DNA of 64,000 nucleotides from Eledone cirrhosa (lineage: Eukaryota), in contig OZ024743.1 in the NCBI GenBank assembly GCA_964016885.1, forward strand, positions 174,530,001 through 174,594,000. Direction: 5' to 3'. The notes under the pieces are model-generated. The model made no database searches and had not been told where the DNA came from. It saw only the letters and a list, made by a program, of their open reading frames with translations. Below, one piece after another: positions 11,495 to 27,830 of this stretch (its first letter is position 1; every line of letters begins with the position of its first letter). The position numbers and the translations under genes are program-made.

Positions 11495-14400
11495 TTTGAT
11501 ATACTGTACCTGTTATATAGGATGTAGGTAGTCTTTGATATACTGTACCTGTTATATAGGATCTAGGTAGTCTTTGATATACTGTACCTGTTATATAGGA
11601 TGTAGGTAGTCTTTGATATACTGTACCTGTTATATAGGATGTAGGTAGTCTTTGATATACTGTACCTGTTACATAGGATGTAGGTAGTCTTTGATATACT
11701 GTACCTGTTATATATGATGTAGGTAGTCTTTGATATACTGTACCTGTTATATAGTATGTAGGTAGTCTTTGATATACTGTACCTGTTATATATGATGTAG
11801 GTAGTCTTTGATATACTGTACCTGTTACATAGGATGTAGGTAGTCTTTGATATACTGTACCTGTTATATAGGATGTATGTAGTCTTTGGTATACTGTACC
11901 TGTTACATAGGATGTAGGTAGTCTTTGATATACTGTACCTGTTATATAGGATGTAGGTAGTCTTTGATATACTGTACCTATTATATAGGATGTAGGTAGT
12001 CTTTGATATACTGTACCTGCTATATAGGATGTAGGTAGTCTTTGATATACTGTACCTGTTATATAGGATGTAGGTAGTCTTTGATATACTGTACCTGTTA
12101 TATAGGATGTAGGTAGTCTTTGATATACTGTACCTGTTATATAGGATGTAGGTAGTCTTTGATATACTGTACCTGTTATATAGGATGTAGGTAGTCTTTG
12201 ACATACTGTACCTGTTATATAGGATGTAGGTAGTCTTTGATATACTGTACCTGTTATATAGGATGTAGGTAGTCTTTGATATACTGTACCTGTTATATAG
12301 GATGTAGGTAGTCTTTGATATAATGTAACTGTTATATAGGATGTAGGTAGTCTGTGATATACTGTACCTGTTATATAGGATGTACGTAGTCTTTGATATG
12401 CTGTACCTGTTATATGAGATGTAGGAAGTCTTTGATATACTCTACCTGTTATATAGGATGTAGGTAGGCTTTGATATACTGTACCTGTTATATAGGATGT
12501 AGGTAGTCTTTGATATACTGTACCTGTTATATAGGATGTAGGTAGTCTTTGATATACTGTACCTGTTATATAGGATGTAGGTAGTCTTTGATATACTGTA
12601 CCTGTTATATAGGATGTAGGTAGTCTTTGATATACTGTACCTGTTATATAGGATGTAGGTAGTCTTTGAAATACTGTACCTATTATATGAGATGTAGGAA
12701 GTTTTTGATATACTGTACCTGTTATATAGGATGTAGGTAGTCTTTGATATACTCTACCTGTTATATAGGATGTAGGTAGTCTTTGATATACTGTACCTGT
12801 TAAATAGGATGTAGGTAGTCTTTGATATACTGTACCTGTTATATAGGATGTAGGTAGTCTTTGATATACTGTACCTGTTATATAGGATGTAGGTAGTCTT
12901 TGATATACTGTACCTGTTACATAGGATGTAGGTAGTCTTTGATATACTGTACCTGTTATATAGGATGTAGGTAGTCTTTGATATACTGTACCTGTTATAT
13001 AGGATGTAGGTAGTCTTTGATATACTGTACCTGTTATATAGGATGTAGGTAGTCTTTGATATACTGTACCTGTTATATAGGATGTAGGAAGTCTTTGATA
13101 TACTTTACCTGTTATATAGGATGTAGGTAGTCTTTGATATACTGTACCTGTTATATAGGATGTAGGTAGTCTGTGATATACTGTACCTGTTATATAGGAT
13201 GTAGGTAGTCTTTGATATACTGTACCTGTTATATAGGATGTAGGTAGTGTTTGATATACTGTACCTGTTATATAGGATGTAGGTAGTCTTTGATATACTG
13301 TACCTGTTATATATGATGTAGGTAGTCTTTGATATACTGTACCTGTTACATAGGATGTAGGTAGTCTTTGATATACTGTACCTGTTATATAGGATGTATG
13401 TAGTCTTTGGTATACTGTACCTGTTACATAGGATGTAGGTAGTCTTTGATATACTGTACCTGTTATATAGGATGTAGGTAGTCTTTGATATACTGTACCT
13501 GTTATATAGGATGTAAGTAGTCTTTGATATACTGTACCTGTTATATAGGATGTACGTAGTCTTTGATATGCTGTACCTGTTATATGAGATGTAGGAAGTC
13601 TTTGATATACTCTACCTGTTATATAGGATGTAGGTAGTCTTTGATATACTCTACCTGTTATATAGGATGTAGGAATTTTTTGATATACTGTACCTGTTAT
13701 ATAGGATGTAGGTAGTCTTTGATATACTGTACCTGTTATATAGGATGTAGGTAGTCTTTGATATACTGTACCTGTTATATAGGATGTAGGTAGTCTTTGA
13801 TATACTGTACCTGTTATATAGGATGTAGGTAGTCTTTGAAATACTGTACCTATTATATGAGATGTAGGAAGTCTTTGATATACTGTACCTGTTATATAGG
13901 ATGTAGGTAGTCTTTGATATACTGTACCTGTCATATAGGATGTAGGTAGTCTTTGATATACTGTACATGTTAAATAGGATGTAAGTAGTCGTTGATATAC
14001 TGTAGCTGTTATATAGGATGTAGGTAGTCTTTGATATACTGTACCTGTTATATAGGATGTAGGTAGTCTTTGATATACTGTACCTGTTATATAGGATGTA
14101 GGTAGTCTTTGATATACTGTACCTGTTATATAGGATCTAGGTAGTCTTTGATATACTGTACCTGTTATATAGGATGTAGGTAGTCTTTGATATACTGTAC
14201 CTGTTATATAGGATGTAGGTAGTCTTTGATATACTGTACCTGTTACATAGGATGTAGGTAGTCTTTGATATACTGTACCTGTTATATATGATGTAGGTAG
14301 TCTTTGATATACTGTACCTGTTATATAGTATGTAGGTAGTCTTTGATATACTGTACCTGTTATATATGATGTAGGTAGTCTTTGATATACTGTACCTGTT

Positions 14401-16710
14401 ACATAGGATGTAGGTAGTCTTTGATATACTGTACCTGTTATATAGGATGTATGTAGTCTTTGGTATACTGTACCTGTTACATAGGATGTAGGTAGTCTTT
14501 GATATACTGTACCTGTTATATAGGATGTAGGTAGTCTTTGATATACTGTACCTATTATATAGGATGTAGGTAGTCTTTGATATACTGTACCTGCTATATA
14601 GGATGTAGGTAGTCTTTGATATACTGTACCTGTTATATAGGATGTAGGTAGTCTTTGATATACTGTACCTGTTATATAGGATGTAGGTAGTCTTTGATAT
14701 ACTGTACCTGTTATATAGGATGTAGGTAGTCTTTGATATACTGTACCTGTTATATAGGATGTAGGTAGTCTTTGACATACTGTACCTGTTATATAGGATG
14801 TAGGTAGTCTTTGATATACTGTACCTGTTATATAGGATGTAGGTAGTCTTTGATATACTGTACCTGTTATATAGGATGTAGGTAGTCTTTGATATAATGT
14901 AACTGTTATATAGGATGTAGGTAGTCTGTGATATACTGTACCTGTTATATAGGATGTACGTAGTCTTTGATATGCTGTACCTGTTATATGAGATGTAGGA
15001 AGTCTTTGATATACTCTACCTGTTATATAGGATGTAGGTAGTCTTTGATATACTGTACCTGTTATATAGGATGTAGGTAGTCTTTGATATACTGTACCTG
15101 TTATATAGGATGTAGGTAGTCTTTGATATACTGTACCTGTTATATAGGATGTAGGTAGTCTTTGATATACTGTACCTGTTATATAGGATGTAGGTAGTCT
15201 TTGATATACTGTACCAGTTATATAGGATGTAGGTAGTCTTTGAAATACTGTACCTATTATATGAGATGTAGGAAGTTTTTGATATACTGTACCTGTTATA
15301 TAGGATGTAGGTAGTCTTTGATATACTCTACCTGTTATATAGGATGTAGGTAGTCTTTGATATACTGTACCTGTTAAATAGGATGTAGGTAGTCTTTGAT
15401 ATACTGTACCTGTTATATAGGATGTAGGTAGTCTTTGATATACTGTACCTGTTATATAGGATGTAGGTAGTCTTTGATATACTGTACCTGTTACATAGGA
15501 TGTAGGTAGTCTTTGATATACTGTACCTGTTATATAGGATGTAGGTAGTCTTTGATATACTGTACCTGTTATATAGGATGTAGGTAGTCTTTGATATACT
15601 GTACCTGTTATATAGGATGTAGGTAGTCTTTGATATACTGTACCTGTTATATAGGATGTAGGAAGTCTTTGATATACTTTACCTGTTATATAGGATGTAG
15701 GTAGTCTTTGATATACTGTACCTGTTATATAGGATGTAGGTAGTCTGTGATATACTGTACCTGTTATATAGGATGTAGGTAGTCTTTGATATACTGTACC
15801 TGTTATATAGGATGTAGGTAGTGTTTGATATACTGTACCTGTTATATAGGATGTAGGTAGTCTTTGATATACTGTACCTGTTATATATGATGTAGGTAGT
15901 CTTTGATATACTGTACCTGTTACATAGGATGTAGGTAGTCTTTGATATACTGTACCTGTTATATAGGATGTATGTAGTCTTTGGTATACTGTACCTGTTA
16001 CATAGGATGTAGGTAGTCTTTGATATACTGTACCTGTTATATAGGATGTAGGTAGTCTTTGATATACTGTACCTGTTATATAGGATGTAAGTAGTCTTTG
16101 ATATACTGTACCTGTTATATAGGATGTACGTAGTCTTTGATATGCTGTACCTGTTATATGAGATGTAGGAAGTCTTTGATATACTCTACCTGTTATATAG
16201 GATGTAGGTAGTCTTTGATATACTGTACCTGTTATATAGGATGTAGGAATTTTTTGATATACTGTACCTGTTATATAGGATGTAGGTAGTCTTTGATATA
16301 CTGTACCTGTTATATAGGATGTAGGTAGTCTTTGATATACTGTACCTGTTATATAGGATGTAGGTAGTCTTTGATATACTGTACCTGTTATATAGGATGT
16401 AGGTAGTCTTTGAAATACTGTACCTATTATATGAGATGTAGGAAGTCTTTGATATACTGTACCTGTTATATAGGATGTAGGTAGTCTTTGATATACTGTA
16501 CCTGTCATATAGGATGTAGGTAGTCTTTGATATACTGTACATGTTAAATAGGATGTAAGTAGTCGTTGATATACTGTAGCTGTTATATAGGATGTAGGTA
16601 GTCTTTGATATACTGTACCTGTTATATAGGATGTAGGTAGTCTTTGATATACTGTACCTGTTATATAGGATGTAGGTAGTCTTTGATATACTGTACCTGT
16701 TATATAGGAT
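11495..16710. repeat. Higher-order tandem duplication, period 2574 bp (66 monomers)
   Basis: TTTGACATAC at ~12197/14771 and ATAATGTAACT at ~12320/14894. The ORFs at 11563 and 14137 are offset by 2574. Confidence 0.92.
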
Positions 16711-19599
16711 GTAGGTAGTCTTTGATATACTGTACCTGTTATATAGGATGTAGGTAGTCTTTGAAATACTGTACCTATTATATGAGATGTAGGAAGTCTT
16801 TGATATACTGTACCTGTTATATAGGATGTAGGTAGTCTTTGATATACTGTACCTGTTATATAGGATGTAGGTAGTCTTTGATATACTGTACATGTTAAAT
16901 AGGATGTAGGTAGTCCTTGATATACTGTACCTGTTATATAGGATGTAGGTAGTCTTTGATATACTGTACCTGTTATATAGGATGTAGGTAGTCTTTGATA
17001 TACTGTACCTGTTGTATAGGATCTAGGTAGTGTTTGATATACTGTACCTGTTATATAGGATGTAGGTAGTCTTTGATATACTGTACCTGTTATATATGAT
17101 GTAGGTAGTCTTTGATATACTGTACCTGTTACATAGGATGTAGGTAGTCTTTGATATACTGTACCTGTTATATAGGATGTATGTAGTCTTTGGTATACTG
17201 TACCTGTTACATAGGATGTAGGTAGTCTTTGATATACTGTACCTGTTATATAGGATGTAGGTAGTTTTGATATACTGTACCTGTTATATAGGATGTAGGT
17301 AGTCTTTGATATACTGTACCTTTTATATAGGATGTAGGTAGTCTTTGATATACTGTACCTGTTATATAGGATGTAGGTAGTCTTTGAAATACTGTACCTA
17401 TTATATGAGATGTAGGAAGTCTTTGATATACTGTACCTGTTATATAGGATGTAGGTAGTCTTTGATATACTGTACCTGTTAAATAGGATGTAGGTAGTCT
17501 TTGATATACTGTACCTGTTATATAGGATGTAGGTAGTCTTTGATATACTGTACCTGTTACATAGGATGTAGGTAGTCTTTGATATACTGTACCTGTTATA
17601 TAGGATGTAGGTAGTCTTTGATATACTGTACCTGTTATATAGGATGTAGGTAGTGTTTGATATACTGTACCTGTTACATAGGATGTATATAGTCTTTGAT
17701 ATACTGTACCTGTTATATAGGATGTAGGTAGTCTTTGATATACTGTACCTGTTATATAGGATCTAGGTAGTCTTTGATATACTGTACCTATTATATAGGA
17801 TGTAGGTAGTCTTTGATATACTGTACCTGTTATATAGGATGTAGGTAGTCTTTGATATACTGTACCTGTTACATAGGATGTAGGTAGTCTTTGATATACT
17901 GTACCTGTTATATATGATGTAGGTAGTCTTTGATATACTGTACCTGTTATATAGTATGTAGGTAGTCTTTGATATACTGTACCTGTTATATATGATGTAG
18001 GTAGTCTTTGATATACTGTACCTGTTACATAGGATGTAGGTAGTCTTTGATATACTGTACCTGTTATATAGGATGTATGTAGTCTTTGGTATACTGTACC
18101 TGTTACATAGGATGTAGGTAGTCTTTGATATACTGTACCTGTTATATAGGATGTAGGTAGTCTTTGATATACTGTACCTGTTATATAGGATGTAGGTAGT
18201 CTTTGAAATACTGTACCTATTATATGAGATGTAGGAAGTTTTTGATATACTGTACCTGTTATATAGGATGTAGGTAGTCTTTGATATACTGTACCTGTTA
18301 TATAGGATGTAGGTAGTCTTTGATATACTGTACCTGTTAAATAGGATGTAGGTAGTCTTTGATATACTGTACCTGTTATATAGGATGTAGGTAGTCTTTG
18401 ATATACTGTACCTGTTATATAGGATGTAGGTAGTCTTTGATATACTGTACCTGTTACATAGGATGTAGGTAGTCTTTGATATACTGTACCTGTTATATAG
18501 GATGTAGGTAGTCTTTGATATACTGTACCTGTTATATAGGATGTAGGTAGTCTTTGATATACTGTACCTGTTATATAGGATGTAGGTAGTCTTTGATATA
18601 CTGTACCTGTTATATAGGATGTAGGAAGTCTTTGATATACTTTACCTGTTATATAGGATGTAGGTAGTCTTTGATATACTGTACCTGTTATATAGGATGT
18701 AGGTAGTCTTTGATATACTGTACCTGTTATATAGGATGTAGGTAGTCTTTGATATACTGTACCTGTTATATAGGATGTAGGTAGTCTTTGATATACTGTA
18801 CCTGTTATATAGGATGTACGTAGTCTTTGATATACTGTACCTGTTATATGAGATGTAGGAAGTCTTTGATATACTGTACCTGTTATATAGGATGTAGGTA
18901 GTCTATGATATACTGTACCTGTTATATGAGATGTAGGAAGTTTTTGATATACTGTACCTGTTATATAGGATGTAGGTAGTCTTTGATATACTGTACCTGT
19001 TATATAGGATGTAGGTAGTCTTTGATATACTGTACCTGTTAAATAGGATGTAGGTAGTCTTTGATATACTGTACCTGTTATATAGGATGTAGGTAGTCTT
19101 TGATATACTGTACCTGTTACATAGGATGTAGGTAGTCTTTGATATACTGTACCTGTTATATAGGATGTATGTAGTCTTTGGTATACTGTACCTGTTACAT
19201 AGGATGTAGGTAGTCTTTGATATACTGTACCTGTTATATAGGATGTAGGTAGTCTTTGATATACTGTACCTGTTATATAGGATGTAGGTAGTATTTGATA
19301 TACTGTATCTGTTATATAGGATGTAGGTAGTCTTTGATATACTGTACCTGTTATATAGGATGTAGGTAGTCTTTGATATACTGTACATGTTAAATAGGAT
19401 GTAGGTAGTCTTTGATATACTGTACCTGTTATATAGGATGTAGGTAGTCTTTGATATACTGTACCTGTTATATAGGATGTAGGTAGTCTTTGATATACTG
19501 TACCTGTTATATAGGATGTAGGTAATGTTTGATATACTGTACCTGTTATATAGGATGTAGGTAGTCTTTGATATACTGTACCTGTTATATATGATGTAG

Positions 19600-22590
19600 G
19601 TAGTCTTTGATATACTGTACCTGTTACATAGGATGTAGGTAGTCTTTGATATACTGTACCTGTTATATAGGATGTATGTAGTCTTTGGTATACTGTACCT
19701 GTTACATAGGATGTAGGTAGTCTTTGATATACTGTACCTGTTATATAGGATGTAGGTAGTCTTTGATATACTGTACCTATTATATAGGATGTAGGTAGTC
19801 TTTGATATACTGTACCTGTTACATAGGATGTAGGTAGTCTTTGATATACTGTACCTGTTATATAGGATGTAGGTAGTCTTTGATATACTGTACCTGTTAC
19901 ATAGGATGTAGGTAGTCTTTGATATACTGTACCTGTTACATAGGATGTAGGTAGTCTTTGATTTACTGTACCTGTTATATAGGATGTATGTAGTCTTTGG
20001 TATACTGTACCTGTTACATAGGATGTAGGTAGTCTTTGATATACTGTACCTGTTATATAGGATGTAGGTAGTCTTTGATATACTGTAACTATTATATAGG
20101 ATGTAGGTAGTCTTTGATATACTGTACCTGCTATATAGGATGTAGGTAGTCTTTGATATACTCTACCTGTTATATGAGATGTAGGAAGTCTTTGATATAC
20201 TCTACCTGTTATATAGGATGTAGGTAGTCTTTGATATACTGTACCTGTTATATAGGATGTAGGTAGTCTGTGATATACTGTACCTGTTATATAGGATGTA
20301 CGTAGTCTTTGATATGCTGTACCTGTTATATGAGATGTAGGAAGTCTTTGATATACTCTACCTGTTATATAGGATGTAGGTAGTCTTTGATATACTGTAC
20401 CTGTTATATAGGATGTAGGTAGTCTTTGATATACTGTACCTGTTATATAGGATGTAGGTAGTCTTTGATATACTGTACCTGTTATATAGGATGTATGTAG
20501 TCTTTGGTATACTGTACCTGTTACATAGGATGTAGGTAGTCTTTGATATACTGTACCTGTTATATAGGATGTAGGTAGTCTTTGATATACTGTACCTGTT
20601 ATATAGGATGTAGGTAGTATTTGATATACTGTACCTGTTATATAGGATGTAGGTAGTCTTTGATATACTGTACCTGTTATATAGGATGTAGGTAGTCTTT
20701 GATATACTGTACATGTTAAATAGGATGTAGGTAGTCTTTGATATACTGTACCTGTTATATAGGATGTAGGTAGTCTTTGATATACTGTACCTGTTATATA
20801 GGATGTAGGTAGTCTTTGATATACTGTACCTGTTATATAGGATGTAGGTAGTGTTTGATATACTGTACCTGTTATATAGGATGTAGGTAGTCTTTGATAT
20901 ACTGTACCTGTTATAAATGATGTAGGTAGTCTTTGATATACTGTACCTGTTACATAGGATGTAGGTAGTCTTTGATATACTGTACCTGTTATATAGGATG
21001 TATGTAGTCTTTGGTATACTGTACCTGTTACATAGGATGTAGGTAGTCTTTGATATACCGTACCTGTTATATAGGATGTAGGTAGTCTTTGATATACTGT
21101 ACCTATTATATAGGATGTAGGTAGTCTTTGATATACTGTACCTGTTACATAGGATGTAGGTAGTCTTTGATATACTGTACCTGTTATATAGGATGTAGGT
21201 AGTCTTTGATATACTGTACCTGTTACATAGGATGTAGGTAGTCTTTGATATACTGTACCTGTTACATAGGATGTAGGTAGTCTTTGATATACTGTACCTG
21301 TTATATAGGATGTATGTAGTCTTTGGTATACTGTACCTGTTACATAGGATGTAGGTAGTCTTTGATATACTGTACCTGTTATATAGGATGTAGGTAGTCT
21401 TTGATATACTGTAACTATTATATAGGATGTAGGTAGTCTTTGATATACTGTACCTGCTATATAGGATGTAGGTAGTCTTTGATATACTCTACCTGTTATA
21501 TGAGATGTAGGAAGTCTTTGATATACTCTACCTGTTATATAGGATGTAGGTAGTCTTTGATATACTGTACCTGTTATATAGGATGTAGGTAGTCTGTGAT
21601 ATACTGTACCTGTTATATAGGATGTACGTAGTCTTTGATATGCTGTACCTGTTATATGAGATGTAGGAAGTCTTTGATATACTCTACCTGTTATATAGGA
21701 TGTAGGTAGTCTTTGATATACTGTACCTGTTATATAGGATGTAGGTAGTCTTTGATATACTGTACCTGTTATATAGGATGTAGGTAGTCTTTGATATACT
21801 GTACCTGTTATATAGGATGTATGTAGTCTTTGGTATACTGTACCTGTTACATAGGATGTAGGTAGTCTTTGATATACTGTACCTGTTATATAGGATGTAG
21901 GTAGTCTTTGATATACTGTACCTGTTATATAGGATGTAGGTAGTATTTGATATACTGTACCTGTTATATAGGATGTAGGTAGTCTTTGATATACTGTACC
22001 TGTTATATAGGATGTAGGTAGTCTTTGATATACTGTACATGTTAAATAGGATGTAGGTAGTCTTTGATATACTGTACCTGTTATATAGGATGTAGGTAGT
22101 CTTTGATATACTGTACCTGTTATATAGGATGTAGGTAGTCTTTGATATACTGTACCTGTTATATAGGATGTAGGTAGTGTTTGATATACTGTACCTGTTA
22201 TATAGGATGTAGGTAGTCTTTGATATACTGTACCTGTTATAAATGATGTAGGTAGTCTTTGATATACTGTACCTGTTACATAGGATGTAGGTAGTCTTTG
22301 ATATACTGTACCTGTTATATAGGATGTATGTAGTCTTTGGTATACTGTACCTGTTACATAGGATGTAGGTAGTCTTTGATATACTGTACCTGTTATATAG
22401 GATGTAGGTAGTCTTTGATATACTGTACCTATTATATAGGATGTAGGTAGTCTTTGATATACTGTACCTGTTACATAGGATGTAGGTAGTCTTTGATATA
22501 CTGTACCTGTTATATAGGATGTAGGTAGTCTTTGATATACTGTACCTGTTACATAGGATGTAGGTAGTCTTTGATATACTGTACCTGTTA
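19600..22590. repeat. Higher-order tandem duplication, period 1326 bp (34 monomers)
   Basis: TTATAAATGA at 20911/22237. The series GTAACTATT, CCTGCTAT, GTCTGTG, TACGTA repeats at +1326. ORF stops lie at 20358 and 21684. Confidence 0.88.
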
Positions 22591-22739
22591 TATAGGATGT
22601 CGGTAGTCTTTGATATACTGTACCTGTTATATAGGATGTCGGTAGTCTTTGATATACTGTACTTGTTATATAGGATGTAGGTAGTCTTTGATATACTGTA
22701 CCTGTTATATGAGATGTAGGAAGTCTTTGATATACTGTA

Positions 22740-25700
22740 CCTGTTATATAGGATGTAGGTAGTCTTTGATATACTGTACCTGTTATATGAGATGTAGGAA
22801 GTTTTTGATATACTGTACCTGTTATATAGGATGTAGGTAGTCTTTGATATACTGTACCTGTTATATAGGATGTAGGTAGTCTTTGATATACTGTACCTGT
22901 TAAATAGGATGTAGGTAGTCTTTGATATACTGTACCTGTTATATAGGATGTAGGTAGTCTTTGATATACTGTACCTGTTACATAGGATGTAGGTAGTCTT
23001 TGATATACTGTACCTGTTATATAGGATGTATGTAGTCTTTGGTATACTGTACCTGTTACATAGGATGTAGGTAGTCTTTGATATACTGTACCTGTTATAT
23101 AGGATGTAGGTAGTCTTTGATATACTGTACATGTTAAATAGGATGTAAGTAGTCGTTGATATACTGTAGCTGTTATATAGGATGTAGGTAGTCTTTGATA
23201 TACTGTACCTGTTATATAGGATGTAGGTAGTCTTTGATATACTGTACCTGTTATATAGGATGTAGGTAGTCTTTGATATACTGTACCTGTTATATAGGAT
23301 GTAGGTAGTCTTTGATATACTGTACCTGTTATATAGGATGTAGGTAGTCTTTGAAATACTGTACCTATTATATGAGATGTAGGAAGTCTTTGATATACTG
23401 TACCTGTTATATAGGATGTAGGTAGTCTTTGATATACTGTACCTGTTATATAGGATGTAGGTAGTCTTTGATATACTGTACATGTTAAATAGGATGTAGG
23501 TAGTCCTTGATATACTGTACCTGTTATATAGGATGTAGGTAGTCTTTGATATACTGTACCTGTTATATAGGATGTAGGTAGTCTTTGATATACTGTACCT
23601 GTTGTATAGGATCTAGGTAGTGTTTGATATACTGTACCTGTTATATAGGATGTAGGTAGTCTTTGATATACTGTACCTGTTATATATGATGTAGGTAGTC
23701 TTTGATATACTGTACCTGTTACATAGGATGTAGGTAGTCTTTGATATACTGTACCTGTTATATAGGATGTATGTAGTCTTTGGTATACTGTACCTGTTAC
23801 ATAGGATGTAGGTAGTCTTTGATATACTGTACCTGTTATATAGGATGTAGGTAGTTTTGATATACTGTACCTGTTATATAGGATGTAGGTAGTCTTTGAT
23901 ATACTGTACCTTTTATATAGGATGTAGGTAGTCTTTGATATACTGTACCTGTTATATAGGATGTAGGTAGTCTTTGAAATACTGTACCTATTATATGAGA
24001 TGTAGGAAGTCTTTGATATACTGTACCTGTTATATAGGATGTAGGTAGTCTTTGATATACTGTACCTGTTAAATAGGATGTAGGTAGTCTTTGATATACT
24101 GTACCTGTTATATAGGATGTAGGTAGTCTTTGATATACTGTACCTGTTACATAGGATGTAGGTAGTCTTTGATATACTGTACCTGTTATATAGGATGTAG
24201 GTAGTCTTTGATATACTGTACCTGTTATATAGGATGTAGGTAGTGTTTGATATACTGTACCTGTTACATAGGATGTATATAGTCTTTGATATACTGTACC
24301 TGTTATATAGGATGTAGGTAGTCTTTGATATACTGTACCTGTTATATAGGATCTAGGTAGTCTTTGATATACTGTACCTGTTATATAGGATGTAGGTAGT
24401 CTTTGATATACTGTACCTGTTATATAGGATGTAGGTAGTCTTTGATATACTGTACCTGTTACATAGGATGTAGGTAGTCTTTGATATACTGTACCTGTTA
24501 TATATGATGTAGGTAGTCTTTGATATACTGTACCTGTTATATAGTATGTAGGTAGTCTTTGATATACTGTACCTGTTATATATGATGTAGGTAGTCTTTG
24601 ATATACTGTACCTGTTACATAGGATGTAGGTAGTCTTTGATATAATGTACCTGTTATATAGGATGTATGTAGTCTTTGGTATACTGTACCTGTTACATAG
24701 GATGTAGGTAGTCTTTGATATACTGTACCTGTTATATAGGATGTAGGTAGTCTTTGATATACTGTACCTGTTATATAGGATGTAGGTAGTCTTTGAAATA
24801 CTGTACCTATTATATGAGATGTAGGAAGTCTTTGATATACTGTACCTGTTATATAGGATGTAGGTAGTCTTTGATATACTGTACCTGTTAAATAGGATGT
24901 AGGTAGTCTTTGATATACTGTACCTGTTATATAGGATGTAGGTAGTCTTTGATATACTGTACCTGTTACATAGGATGTAGGTAGTCTTTGATATACTGTA
25001 CCTGTTATATAGGATGTAGGTAGTCTTTGATATACTGTACCTGTTATATAGGATGTAGGTAGTGTTTGATATACTGTACCTGTTACATAGGATGTATATA
25101 GTCTTTGATATACTGTACCTGTTATATAGGATGTAGGTAGTCTTTGATATACTGTACCTGTTATATAGGATCTAGGTAGTCTTTGATATACTGTACCTGT
25201 TATATAGGATGTAGGTAGTCTTTGATATACTGTACCTGTTATATAGGATGTAGGTAGTCTTTGATATACTGTACCTGTTACATAGGATGTAGGTAGTCTT
25301 TGATATACTGTACCTGTTATATATGATGTAGGTAGTCTTTGATATACTGTACCTGTTATATAGTATGTAGGTAGTCTTTGATATACTGTACCTGTTATAT
25401 ATGATGTAGGTAGTCTTTGATATACTGTACCTGTTACATAGGATGTAGGTAGTCTTTGATATAATGTACCTGTTATATAGGATGTATGTAGTCTTTGGTA
25501 TACTGTACCTGTTACATAGGATGTAGGTAGTCTTTGATATACTGTACCTGTTATATAGGATGTAGGTAGTCTTTGATATACTGTACCTGTTATATAGGAT
25601 GTAGGTAGTCTTTGAAATACTGTACCTATTATATGAGATGTAGGAAGTTTTTGATATACTGTACCTGTTATATAGGATGTAGGTAGTCTTTGATATACTG

Positions 25701-27830
25701 TACCTGTTATATAGGATGTAGGAAGTCTTTGATATACTGTACCTGTTATATAGGATGTAGGTAGTCTTTGATATACTGTACCTGTTATATGAGATGTAGG
25801 AAGTTTTTGATATACTGTACCTGTTATATAGGATGTAGGTAGTCTTTGATATACTGTACCTGTTATATAGGATGTAGGTAGTCTTTGATATACTGTACCT
25901 GTTAAATAGGATGTAGGTAGTCTTTGATATACTGTACCTGTTATATAGGATGTAGGTAGTCTTTGATATACTGTACCTGTTACATAGGATGTAGGTAGTC
26001 TTTGATATACTGTACCTGTTATATAGGATGTATGTAGTCTTTGGTATACTGTACCTGTTACATAGGATGTAGGTAGTCTTTGATATACTGTACCTGTTAT
26101 ATAGGATGTAGGTAGTCTTTGATATACTGTACATGTTAAATAGGATGTAAGTAGTCGTTGATATACTGTAGCTGTTATATAGGATGTAGGTAGTCTTTGA
26201 TATACTGTACCTGTTATATAGGATGTAGGTAGTCTTTGATATACTGTACCTGTTATATAGGATGTAGGTAGTCTTTGATATACTGTACCTGTTATATAGG
26301 ATGTAGGTAGTCTTTGATATACTGTACCTGTTATATAGGATGTAGGTAGTCTTTGAAATACTGTACCTATTATATGAGATGTAGGAAGTCTTTGATATAC
26401 TGTACCTGTTATATAGGATGTAGGTAGTCTTTGATATACTGTACCTGTTATATAGGATGTAGGTAGTCTTTGATATACTGTACATGTTAAATAGGATGTA
26501 GGTAGTCCTTGATATACTGTACCTGTTATATAGGATGTAGGTAGTCTTTGATATACTGTACCTGTTATATAGGATGTAGGTAGTCTTTGATATACTGTAC
26601 CTGTTGTATAGGATCTAGGTAGTGTTTGATATACTGTACCTGTTATATAGGATGTAGGTAGTCTTTGATATACTGTACCTGTTATATATGATGTAGGTAG
26701 TCTTTGATATACTGTACCTGTTACATAGGATGTAGGTAGTCTTTGATATACTGTACCTGTTATATAGGATGTATGTAGTCTTTGGTATACTGTACCTGTT
26801 ACATAGGATGTAGGTAGTCTTTGATATACTGTACCTGTTATATAGGATGTAGGTAGTTTTGATATACTGTACCTGTTATATAGGATGTAGGTAGTCTTTG
26901 ATATACTGTACCTTTTATATAGGATGTAGGTAGTCTTTGATATACTGTACCTGTTATATAGGATGTAGGTAGTCTTTGAAATACTGTACCTATTATATGA
27001 GATGTAGGAAGTCTTTGATATACTGTACCTGTTATATAGGATGTAGGTAGTCTTTGATATACTGTACCTGTTAAATAGGATGTAGGTAGTCTTTGATATA
27101 CTGTACCTGTTATATAGGATGTAGGTAGTCTTTGATATACTGTACCTGTTACATAGGATGTAGGTAGTCTTTGATATACTGTACCTGTTATATAGGATGT
27201 AGGTAGTCTTTGATATACTGTACCTGTTATATAGGATGTAGGTAGTGTTTGATATACTGTACCTGTTACATAGGATGTATATAGTCTTTGATATACTGTA
27301 CCTGTTATATAGGATGTAGGTAGTCTTTGATATACTGTACCTGTTATATAGGATCTAGGTAGTCTTTGATATACTGTACCTGTTATATAGGATGTAGGTA
27401 GTCTTTGATATACTGTACCTGTTATATAGGATGTAGGTAGTCTTTGATATACTGTACCTGTTACATAGGATGTAGGTAGTCTTTGATATACTGTACCTGT
27501 TATATATGATGTAGGTAGTCTTTGATATACTGTACCTGTTATATAGTATGTAGGTAGTCTTTGATATACTGTACCTGTTATATATGATGTAGGTAGTCTT
27601 TGATATACTGTACCTGTTACATAGGATGTAGGTAGTCTTTGATATAATGTACCTGTTATATAGGATGTATGTAGTCTTTGGTATACTGTACCTGTTACAT
27701 AGGATGTAGGTAGTCTTTGATATACTGTACCTGTTATATAGGATGTAGGTAGTCTTTGATATACTGTACCTGTTATATAGGATGTAGGTAGTCTTTGAAA
27801 TACTGTACCTATTATATGAGATGTAGGAAG
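22740..27830. repeat. Higher-order duplication, period 3002 bp (77 monomers), with a nested 819-bp (21-monomer) duplication at ~23930-25650
   Basis: The private variant ATAATGTACC lies at ~24642, 25461 (+819) and 27644 (+3002). GGATCTAGG at ~24349/25168. Deletion monomers at 23856/26858. Confidence 0.88.
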
